A DNA stretch of 37,996 bases from a virus. Shown here one piece after another: positions 30,704 through 37,996 of the stretch. A model generated the notes under the pieces. It worked only from the letters and a program-made list of their open reading frames with translations, was not told the origin of the DNA and did not search any database. Positions within the stretch are counted from its first letter, which is position 1; each line of letters opens with the position of its first letter. Position numbers and translations under genes: made by a program. Location: IMG/VR virus record IMGVR_UViG_3300015204_000001; one strand, written 5' to 3'.

Positions 30704-31765
30704 ATGGCATTCACAATCAAAACGCCTCAGCTTGGCGAGGTCGGCATCACCGACCTCGACATCGGCGGCCCGGGTCCTTTTGCCCTTGTCGGGCCGAACG
30801 CCGGAAAATATGGACGCTCCAGCTTTTATACGGAAATCTTGCTGGCTTACGACGGTGCCCTCGGTGCCGCTGAAGTTTGTTTCGCTCAAGCGTCAGCTTC
30901 GATCACGCCAGGGCAGCTTGTACAGTTTTCGTGCACTCAGGACGCCAACTTTAACATGGTGTTCCAGGCCACGCCATGGACGGGTACGGCCAACTCCGGT
31001 CAGGACATCGGCGTTGCTCTTATCTCTGTTGGCGCTGGCCAGTGGGTGTGGTTCCAGATTAACGGTTTTGCCATCGTTAATTACGGCGCAGCAACGGCTG
31101 GCCAGACCGTAACCGGTGTCACCCAGCTTAACAACGTCGCGACCGTCACCGTAGCGGCACCTCACGGCCTTGTGGTCGGCAACCAAGTGACGCTAGCGGG
31201 CTTCACACCCGCTCAGTACAACGGCTCCTACGTCGTCATCGCGACCCCATTGCCCACGACCTTTACTTACGGTCTTGTCTCGAACGCGCTGCCTATCGGT
31301 AACGCAACGGTTCAGGGAACCTACCTGTATTACGGTGGTGCTGTAGCTGGCAAGACCGTTTCCGGCGGCACGGCGGCGGGTAACGTTGCCACGATTACGA
31401 CCGCAACGCCTCACGGTTTGCAGCTTGGCGATACCGTCGTCGTCTCAGGCGCGACTCCAGCGGCCTATAACGGCACGTTCGTTGTGACCGCCGTGACATC
31501 GACGACGTTCAACTACAACGCCCTCAGCGCGCCAGGCGGCGTGACGACCGTATCGCCGATCTACACGATTAGCAGCCCAGGTCCAAACGGCCAGGTCTAT
31601 TACTCGGCTAACGGTGCGGCTTCGTCGATCGTTACGGCGTCGAAGCAGCTTCTCGGCACCCAGTGGGCAGCTCCCGCTGGCGGGCAAATCGGCAAGATCG
31701 TCCTTCCTTCATGGCAAGCGGTTGCTTTCCTTGGACGGCCAAACAGCCAGGGCGCTATCACCTAA
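30704..31765 (+). CDS. capsid decoration/head fiber protein with two tandem ~45-aa domains
   Basis: The internal duplication is VATVTVAAPHGLVVGNQVTLAGFTPAQYNGSYVV...TFTY and VATITTATPHGLQLGDTVVVSGATPAAYNGTFVV...TFNY. It lies directly after the capsid gene. Confidence 0.55.
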   Translation: MAFTIKTPQLGEVGITDLDIGGPGPFALVGPNAGKYGRSSFYTEILLAYDGALGAAEVCFAQASASITPGQLVQFSCTQDANFNMVFQATPWTGTANSGQDIGVALISVGAGQWVWFQINGFAIVNYGAATAGQTVTGVTQLNNVATVTVAAPHGLVVGNQVTLAGFTPAQYNGSYVVIATPLPTTFTYGLVSNALPIGNATVQGTYLYYGGAVAGKTVSGGTAAGNVATITTATPHGLQLGDTVVVSGATPAAYNGTFVVTAVTSTTFNYNALSAPGGVTTVSPIYTISSPGPNGQVYYSANGAASSIVTASKQLLGTQWAAPAGGQIGKIVLPSWQAVAFLGRPNSQGAIT

Positions 31766-31772
31766 GCAAGAC

Positions 31773-31801
31773 GGGGGCCGTTTAAGCGGCCCCTTGTTTT
31801 T
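31773..31801 (+). terminator. rho-independent terminator after the capsid/decoration genes
   Basis: GGGGCCG-tttaag-CGGCCCC followed by TTGTTTTT. Confidence 0.8.
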
Positions 31802-31822
31802 CTCAAAACAGGAAAACGATCA

Positions 31823-32485
31823 ATGTTCGCAACGCCGCAAATCAAGCAAATCAGCCAGACGGATTACGTGGCTATTCACGGCACCGACCGTGAGCTTGTG
31901 GTTAATTTTTTCATGGAAGCGGTCCATCTTGAGGCGGAAAGCGTCAAGGCGGGACGGCCCATTTATGAAGAACGGCCTTTTATTCGCATCAATTTTCCGG
32001 GAGACCGCACGCGGGAAATCATCCGTGGCGTGAAGCTAGAAGACGACACGTTTAGCCCCGCCGACGTGAACAGGTTTCCTCAGCAGTGGGCGCGCTTCCA
32101 AAATCAACAGGAACCCGGCCAGCACGGCACGCCGCTCGAACAGTGGCCGCAAATTCGCAAATACCAAGTCTTGGAGCTGAAAGGCTTGAAAATTCACACG
32201 GTGGAACAGCTGGCCAGCGTACCGGACACGGCGCTTCATAATCTCGGCATGGGCGCGCGAGATTTGCGTGAGATGGCACAGTCCTATCTTTCAAAGGCTG
32301 GCGACGGCGCGGAACTCAGCCAGCTTCGCGCTCGCATTGCCCAGCTCGAAACAGACGCGCACATGGCGAAGGAAAAAGCATCCATCGCCCCCGCGCCAGA
32401 ATTGACAAAACTTGTCAAGGATAACGACCCAATGGCGGCAATGGACGCCGAAACATTTATGGCAAAACGAAGGGGCACACGATGA
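31823..32485 (+). CDS. hypothetical virion-module protein
   Basis: 220-aa ORF with a helix-hairpin-helix-like LKGLKIHTVEQLASVPD. Confidence 0.5.
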   Translation: MFATPQIKQISQTDYVAIHGTDRELVVNFFMEAVHLEAESVKAGRPIYEERPFIRINFPGDRTREIIRGVKLEDDTFSPADVNRFPQQWARFQNQQEPGQHGTPLEQWPQIRKYQVLELKGLKIHTVEQLASVPDTALHNLGMGARDLREMAQSYLSKAGDGAELSQLRARIAQLETDAHMAKEKASIAPAPELTKLVKDNDPMAAMDAETFMAKRRGTR

Positions 32486-32850
32486 TTAAAAGCAAGCTTA
32501 CAGGCACTGGAATTTCTCCCTTCGCGGCCTTGTCTATCGGCTGCACCGTGACCAACGCCATCGTGGCGGCTGGCGCAACGCTGGCCAGTGCGACGCCCCT
32601 TGGTGACGATATCAACGTCGTGACCGTGGCGACGGCAAACCAAGGCGTCTCTCTTCGCGGTGACTTGACTCCAGGCGATAACCAAAAAGTCGTTAATTAT
32701 ACGGCGGTATCGATAATCGTTTACCCGGCAACGGCCCTCGGAAAGATCAGTAACGGCGTCGCTGGCGCGGGCCTTGCCCTAGCGCCAAACAAGGTTGCCA
32801 GGTTTATCTGCATCGACGGCGTTAGCTTTGCGGCGCTCGTAAGCGCCTAA
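32482..32850 (+). CDS. hypothetical virion-module protein
   Basis: 122-aa Ala/Gly/Thr-rich ORF with a coupled start. Confidence 0.5.
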   Translation: MIKSKLTGTGISPFAALSIGCTVTNAIVAAGATLASATPLGDDINVVTVATANQGVSLRGDLTPGDNQKVVNYTAVSIIVYPATALGKISNGVAGAGLALAPNKVARFICIDGVSFAALVSA

Positions 32851-32885
32851 AACGTCTTAATGTTTCACGGATTTTTCTGCGTACT

Positions 32886-32918
32886 TGGGATATTCAAGAA
32901 ATTGGATATCCCATTTTT
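32886..32918 (+). terminator. rho-independent terminator candidate
   Basis: TGGGATAT-(12 nt)-ATATCCCA followed by T5. Confidence 0.6.
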
Positions 32919-32924
32919 GTGCCT

Positions 32925-33019
32925 AAATTTTTTCCTTGACTTTACCAAACGATCAGGTATGCTAGAGCAACTTGAGATTGCACTAGCTAACCTGATCGCT
33001 TTGTATAGATTTTTGGGAA
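32925..33019 (+). repeat. 95-bp module copy 2 (promoter plus palindrome)
   Basis: Identical to 19342-19436. Confidence 0.95.
32936..32963 (+). promoter_or_regulatory. sigma70-like promoter inside module copy 2, ahead of the tail genes
   Basis: Same TTGACT-N16-TATGCT as copy 1. Confidence 0.5.
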
Positions 33020-33107
33020 TTTATATATTACATATGTAGTTGGATGTAAAGGTTAACGAAAGCTATCTAGCGTGAAACAATAGATTTTGTAACTGGAAAG
33101 ATAGAAT

Positions 33108-33842
33108 ATGCCCCGGTCTTTTTTGCAGCTTGTGCAGGCCGCGTGCGCGGAAATGGCTCTTCAACAGCCGACGACGGTCATCGGAAACCCGGACCAAACG
33201 ACGACGCAATTGCTTGCGTTATGCCAACGCGAGGGTGCTGAGTTTTTCAAAGAAGAGACGCTGTACGGCGGATGGTCGGTTCTGAGGACCGACTACACGT
33301 TCAACATGGTGCCAGGGCAGACGGTCTACCCCTTGCCTGCGGATTACGGCTGGTTCCTTCCAGAAAGCATTTGGGACAAGAATTTTCGCTGGCAGCTTTT
33401 GGGGCCATTAAGCCCGCAAGAGTGGAACGTCTTGCAATACGGCATCACGCCGCTTGGACCTCGCACAAGATTTCAAATACGAGGAACTTCGCTTTATCTC
33501 AATCCCGCTCCCGGCGTCGGACAGACGGATACGGTAGGTTTATCCTATCAGTCCACGGCATGGGCAAAGTCTTCTGGAGGCGTCCCGCAGGGGCAATGGC
33601 TAGCAGACACCGACACATACCGGCTCGACGAAGACAGTCTCATTCTCGGCTTGATATGGCGATTTTTTAAAGCAAAAGGCTTTGCTACGACTAACGGCGC
33701 TTATGAGGATTATCGGCGTTGCGTCGATACGATCAAGGCGCGCGAGGCTGGCGGGCGGACGTTACCGCTAAATTCGGCGGCTTCGATGGATATCAATATT
33801 ATAAATTCCGCGAACGTTCCAGACACGGGATTTGGATCGTGA
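33108..33842 (+). CDS. virion structural protein (adaptor / tail tubular A position)
   Basis: 244-aa ORF, the first gene after module copy 2. Function is assigned by position only. Confidence 0.45.
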   Translation: MPRSFLQLVQAACAEMALQQPTTVIGNPDQTTTQLLALCQREGAEFFKEETLYGGWSVLRTDYTFNMVPGQTVYPLPADYGWFLPESIWDKNFRWQLLGPLSPQEWNVLQYGITPLGPRTRFQIRGTSLYLNPAPGVGQTDTVGLSYQSTAWAKSSGGVPQGQWLADTDTYRLDEDSLILGLIWRFFKAKGFATTNGAYEDYRRCVDTIKAREAGGRTLPLNSAASMDINIINSANVPDTGFGS

Positions 33843-35407
33843 GGGCGCTAAGAAGGACCACGAAAGGGCGGCGTCCGGCTGCTGTTACCGAGAAGACGAA
33901 AAGCGTACCGGCCCCCACGGGCGGGCTTAACGCCGTCAATGCGATTGCCGAAATGCCACCAACGGACGCGCTCGTTCTGGACAACATTTTTTGTCAGCCA
34001 GGTTGGGTCGAGGTTCGAAAAGGCTATACCAATTTCGTGACCGGGTTTCCGGGATGGGTCGACACGCTGGCGGCCTATGCCAGTGCGACCGCTCAAAAGC
34101 TGTTCGCGCTATCGGGCGGAAATCTTTATGACGCGTCCGTGTCCGGCCTCGTTGGCGCGCCGCTTCTTACGGGATTGCCGTCGTCTCGCTATGAGGGCGT
34201 CCAGTTCGCCACGCCCGGCGGAAACTACCTTTATTTGATGTGCGGCAACGGCGCGCCGCTCCTTTACGACGGCGTGACATTCAAGGCCATAACCGGCGTC
34301 ACGGCCCCTATCGCTCTTTCTGGACCTACGTCCATAAACAAGTTGCGCAATCCGTGGGTTTGGAAAAACCGGCTTTGGGCGATAGAAGATGGAACGTTCA
34401 CCGCGTGGTATCTCCCAATTCAATCGGTTGGCGGTGTCATGCTCCCGCTACCACTGGCTAGCTATTTTACACTTGGCGGGCAGCTTCAATGCGGTTTCGA
34501 GTTTTCCCTTTCCGACGCGAACACCACGGATGACTTTATCGGCTTTATGTCGAGTTTTGGCGAGATTGTCGTTTTTCGCGGAACCGATCCTGCTTTTCAG
34601 GGGTCTTTCGGGCTTGCCGGGGCTTTCCAGGCCGGACGCCCCGTGGGAAGAAGGCCTTACTTCAAGTATGGCTCCGACACGATCCTTATCACCACGGACG
34701 GCTTTAATTCTGTCCGTGAGGTCATATCGTCGGGACGGGACAGGCAAAACCAGGCCCTTTCTTACAAAATACTCAACCTGATAAATAACGATACGGCAAG
34801 CTATGTTGGCAATTTTGGATGGCAAGGCATAGTATATCCAATAGGAAACAAGCTTATCGTCAACGTTCCCATGATATCGTCGTCTACTCAGTACCAATAT
34901 GTCATGAATACAATAACAAAATCTTGGTCTACATTCAGCAACTGGAATGCGTCTTGCTTTGAAAAGCTTGTAGACAATTTGTATTTTGGCGGTAATACTT
35001 ATGTTGCTTTGGCGGATACTGGAAACACCGATGGCGGAGCCGCGATTAGCTTCAAAATAAAGCCAGCTTTTAACTATTTCGATAGCGACAGAAAAAAGCA
35101 GTTCAAGATGGTGCGCCCGATCATCGCGGCCAACGGATCGCAGAACATTTCTCTGCAAATCAACGTCGATTTCAACGATATTGCACCGTCATTGCCCAAC
35201 GCTCCAAGTCTATCTTCGGGGCCTTTTTGGGACGTTGCTTTATGGGATACGGTACAATGGGGGGGCGCGGAACAAATTTTCCAGAATTGGTATAGTGTAA
35301 ATGGCTTGGGTTTTGCCTCTACTCTTTATTTGACTGGAAGCATAAACGGAAGTACTCTAAAATTGCAAGCAATCGACTACCTCTATGAAGTTGGAGATAT
35401 ACTTTGA
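33839..35407 (+). CDS. virion structural protein (nozzle / tail tubular B position)
   Basis: GTG 33839 overlaps the upstream stop (GTGA); the tracked ORF starts at 33719. The N-terminus is PTGGLNAVNAIAEMPPTDALVLDNIF. Confidence 0.45.
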   Translation: MRALRRTTKGRRPAAVTEKTKSVPAPTGGLNAVNAIAEMPPTDALVLDNIFCQPGWVEVRKGYTNFVTGFPGWVDTLAAYASATAQKLFALSGGNLYDASVSGLVGAPLLTGLPSSRYEGVQFATPGGNYLYLMCGNGAPLLYDGVTFKAITGVTAPIALSGPTSINKLRNPWVWKNRLWAIEDGTFTAWYLPIQSVGGVMLPLPLASYFTLGGQLQCGFEFSLSDANTTDDFIGFMSSFGEIVVFRGTDPAFQGSFGLAGAFQAGRPVGRRPYFKYGSDTILITTDGFNSVREVISSGRDRQNQALSYKILNLINNDTASYVGNFGWQGIVYPIGNKLIVNVPMISSSTQYQYVMNTITKSWSTFSNWNASCFEKLVDNLYFGGNTYVALADTGNTDGGAAISFKIKPAFNYFDSDRKKQFKMVRPIIAANGSQNISLQINVDFNDIAPSLPNAPSLSSGPFWDVALWDTVQWGGAEQIFQNWYSVNGLGFASTLYLTGSINGSTLKLQAIDYLYEVGDIL

Positions 35408-35823
35408 AGACAATCCATTACGGTTTTGACTTGAAAGCAAAAGAGTGGCTTCAAGAAAAAATTGATGTTTCAAGATTTGACGATGTTGCCTTGATTTACA
35501 TAAAGGAGAATGAAGAAATTATCGGCTGTTTTGGCGCAAATGACATGCATCCAAAGCTAGATATAAATCTAAATATTGCAGGTTTGCCAAATCGTTATTG
35601 GGGTACACGTGGTTTTTTTAGAGCAATATTTACATATTTGTTCGTTCAGCTTGAGTTGCGACGCGTAACGGCAAGAGTAGAGTACGGGAATACTTTGTCG
35701 CGCGCTCTTTGCGAGCGGCTTGGATTTAGCGTCGAGGGAAAGATGTTGGAAGCCGCAAAAAACGGCGACGATCTCGTTATTTACGGCATGCTTAAGAACG
35801 AATGTAAGTGGATAGGCAATTAA
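35404..35823 (+). CDS. GNAT family N-acetyltransferase (RimJ/RimL-like)
   Basis: Carries RYWGTRGFFRAIFTYLFVQLELRRVTARVEYGNTLSRALCERLGFSVEGKM....G.D.VIYGMLKNE. TTG start overlaps the upstream stop. Visibly AT-rich. Confidence 0.75.
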   Translation: MKTIHYGFDLKAKEWLQEKIDVSRFDDVALIYIKENEEIIGCFGANDMHPKLDINLNIAGLPNRYWGTRGFFRAIFTYLFVQLELRRVTARVEYGNTLSRALCERLGFSVEGKMLEAAKNGDDLVIYGMLKNECKWIGN

Positions 35824-35824
35824 G

Positions 35825-36742
35825 ATGTCTTTCGATACGCCAGACCCGCCCCCTCCGCCCGATCCCTATGCCGTCGCGGCGGCGCAGACGCAGACGAATA
35901 TCGCGACAACCAACGCCAATAGCGCGGCAAACCGCGTCAACACGGTCACGCCCCAGGGGAGCCTTACCTACAAAGTGACCGGAAAGGACGCCAACGGCGT
36001 CGATATCTATTCGGCAAATCAACAGTATTCGCCGGGCGAACAGGGGATTTACGATAATTCCGTCATGGGCCGGAGGGCTCTTGGCGATACAGGGATTTCC
36101 CAGCTCAATCAGGTTCGCTCAGCGACCGGGTCGCCCTTGGATGCATCGCAGTTCGGTCCGCTCGCCTCTTCTCCGACGAACGGCGCGGGCGGGCCTCAAG
36201 CCATCCAAGACGCGCGCGATGCGGCCTACAACACTCAGGCGCAGTATCTCGATCCGAAGTATCGCGATAGCGACCAACAGCTGCACGACAAACTTGTCAA
36301 TCAAGGACTTCAACCCGGAACGGAGGCCTATAACAGGGCGTCCGACGCGCAGGGGCGTCAAAAGACGTTCGACTATACCGCCGCGCGGACGGCTGCCGTG
36401 CAAGCCGGAAACGCCGAACAAAACACATTGTTCAATCAGGGCATTCAGGGGGCGAACCTACAAAACAGCTCGCTCGCTCAAAACCTCAGCCAAGCCCTTA
36501 CGATACGTCACAACCCGCTTAACGAATATGACGCGCTGGCGACCGGGTCTCAGGTTAGCAATCCAAGCTACGCGAGCGTGCCGGGAAGCCAAGTCGCGAA
36601 CACAGATTTGAGCGGGGACGTTTACAAGAGCTATGGAGCTCAGGTTGCGAATTACAATCAACAGGTTGCGCAGCAAAACTCGATGAATGCCGGTATTTTT
36701 GGCTTGGCGGGCGCGGGCGCAAAAGCTGCTTTTACGCTTTAA
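35825..36742 (+). CDS. internal virion protein (putative)
   Basis: 305-aa Gln/Asn/Ala-rich ORF upstream of the SLT protein. Confidence 0.5.
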   Translation: MSFDTPDPPPPPDPYAVAAAQTQTNIATTNANSAANRVNTVTPQGSLTYKVTGKDANGVDIYSANQQYSPGEQGIYDNSVMGRRALGDTGISQLNQVRSATGSPLDASQFGPLASSPTNGAGGPQAIQDARDAAYNTQAQYLDPKYRDSDQQLHDKLVNQGLQPGTEAYNRASDAQGRQKTFDYTAARTAAVQAGNAEQNTLFNQGIQGANLQNSSLAQNLSQALTIRHNPLNEYDALATGSQVSNPSYASVPGSQVANTDLSGDVYKSYGAQVANYNQQVAQQNSMNAGIFGLAGAGAKAAFTL

Positions 36743-36754
36743 GGATTTTAGGTT

Positions 36755-37996
36755 ATGGCTCAATCTGGCGGTATAAATGCGGGATTGGCAATCGCCGATC
36801 CAGAATTGTTCAACTCGCAGCTATCGTACCAGGCGCAGCAAGACGCGCTTGCGCGTCGGCAAGCGCTTGCCCAGTCGCTTTTGCAGGATAGTTCGCAGCC
36901 TCTTCCGAACGCGGCGGCGTCTGGAGGCGTGCAATATCACACTTCCCCGCTCGAGGGTCTGTCGCGTGTTTTGTCCGGTGGGTTAGGTGCCTACGGAATG
37001 CAAAAAATTAACGAAGATAGTCTTGCCGCAGCAAAAAACTATGGAAAGGCCATTCAGGGCAGTTTTGGCGGCACGTCTTCATCAGGGGCGGGGACGACGC
37101 CCACAAACACGCCAGCGGCGTCTTCTCAGGGTTCTGGCGGGAGTCTTTCTTCGGCCATTCAAGGCCTTTTTAGCCCATCTTCTCCTTCACCTTCGGAGGC
37201 TCAGCCGCCCGTCGCGGGGGGCAGCCAGACGCAAGACAATGGCCAGCAACCCTACAAGCCGGGCGGCACGCCAGTCGTGAACGGTGGGTACAATCTCGGC
37301 AAGCTCGATCCCATGATTAACGACGCGGCGCAGCGCTACGGGGTGAACGCCCAGACGATGCGCGCTCTTATCGGTATCGAAAGCGGTGGGAACCCCAACG
37401 CCGGGGCAAGCAGCTCTTACAAGGGTTTGGGGCAGTTCAACAACGACGAATGGTCGAAATACGGAAAAGGCAGAAACGTCCTTGATCCGGCCGCGAGTAT
37501 CGACGCAATAGGGGCAAAACTCGCCGATCAAACGGTTTCGTTCAAGGCGAAGTACGGTCGCGACCCCGAAGCGAACGATCTCTACATGATGCATCAGCAA
37601 GGCGAGGGCGGCTACGCTAATCACGCCGCCAATCCCGACCGGCCCGCGTGGCAAAACATGAACGATACCGCCGAGGGCCGTCAAAAAGGAGCGGGATGGG
37701 CAAGAAAGGCCATATGGGGCAACGTTCCTGGGGACCAAAAGGAGAAATTCGGAAGCGTCGATAACGTCACGTCCGGTCAATTTATGGATATGTGGCGTAA
37801 CAAGATGGCGCGCTTTGGCGCGGGTCCGGCACAAGCCAATTTATCTGCCCGCACTGGCCAGCCAGTTCAGACCGATCAAAACGCTGCCCAAACTCAGGAC
37901 GCTCCGACTGGACAGGCACCGTTAGAGGCTCAGGGTGCATCACTAGCTAGTGGCGCGGGCGCTTTACCGCAAGATGGCGCATCCGCATCGCCCACG
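36755..37996 (+). CDS. internal virion protein with lytic transglycosylase (SLT) domain, 5' portion (continues at 1..1299)
   Basis: It is absent from the ORF track because it has no stop in the window. ATG 36755. The SLT motif is LIGIESGGNPNAGASSSYKGLGQFNNDEW...MMHQQGEGGY. It reads in frame into base 1 through the 99-bp overlap. Confidence 0.85.
   Translation, partial: MAQSGGINAGLAIADPELFNSQLSYQAQQDALARRQALAQSLLQDSSQPLPNAAASGGVQYHTSPLEGLSRVLSGGLGAYGMQKINEDSLAAAKNYGKAIQGSFGGTSSSGAGTTPTNTPAASSQGSGGSLSSAIQGLFSPSSPSPSEAQPPVAGGSQTQDNGQQPYKPGGTPVVNGGYNLGKLDPMINDAAQRYGVNAQTMRALIGIESGGNPNAGASSSYKGLGQFNNDEWSKYGKGRNVLDPAASIDAIGAKLADQTVSFKAKYGRDPEANDLYMMHQQGEGGYANHAANPDRPAWQNMNDTAEGRQKGAGWARKAIWGNVPGDQKEKFGSVDNVTSGQFMDMWRNKMARFGAGPAQANLSARTGQPVQTDQNAAQTQDAPTGQAPLEAQGASLASGAGALPQDGASASPT
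37898..37996. repeat. 99-bp terminal overlap identical to bases 1-99 (circular closure)
   Basis: Direct comparison of the two window ends. Confidence 0.95.

Overview
The window is a complete, circularly closed phage genome. Bases 1-99 are identical to 37898-37996, so the unit length is 37,897 bp, and one ORF reads in frame across the junction. It looks like a temperate, short-tailed (podovirus-like) phage. This is inferred from gene order: portal, scaffold, capsid, decoration protein, adaptor/nozzle-position proteins, internal virion proteins including a lytic transglycosylase, then tail fiber. No tape-measure, sheath or tube gene and no phage RNA polymerase is visible.

Modules:
- Virion and tail genes: 33108 through the wrap to 5060.
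- Lysis: 5132-6790.
- Lysogeny arm on the minus strand: 6861-11014 (accessory gene, attP, tyrosine integrase, Xis-like protein, ligase-like protein, small ORFs, CI-like repressor).
- Rightward early/replication operon: 11105-19303 (Cro-like protein, VRR-NUC, solo TnpB-like gene, Sak4-like ATPase, DUF669 SSB-like protein, SF2 helicase, primase-polymerase/helicase).
- Gp157/Gam-like gene.
- Minus-strand operon of six unrecognised small genes: 20021-22052.
- Small regulators and packaging/head genes: 22216-32850.

No rRNA, complete tRNA or CRISPR array was seen.

Most interesting points:
1. A TnpB-like gene with no tnpA is embedded in the early operon. By eye alignment it lacks the canonical RuvC-II glutamate, so it may be an exapted or nuclease-dead RNA-guided protein. 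A GC hairpin and about 110 nt of non-coding tail follow it and could be an omega-RNA.
2. A 17-bp near-palindrome (TGTKCC-N5-GGMACA) sits 7-8 nt upstream of a -35-like hexamer at five promoters.
3. A perfect 95-bp promoter-plus-palindrome module occurs twice, 13.6 kb apart.
4. A GNAT acetyltransferase lies among the internal virion protein genes.
5. An RNA/DNA-ligase-like gene lies in the lysogeny arm.

All functional calls come from reading motifs by eye. No database search was run.
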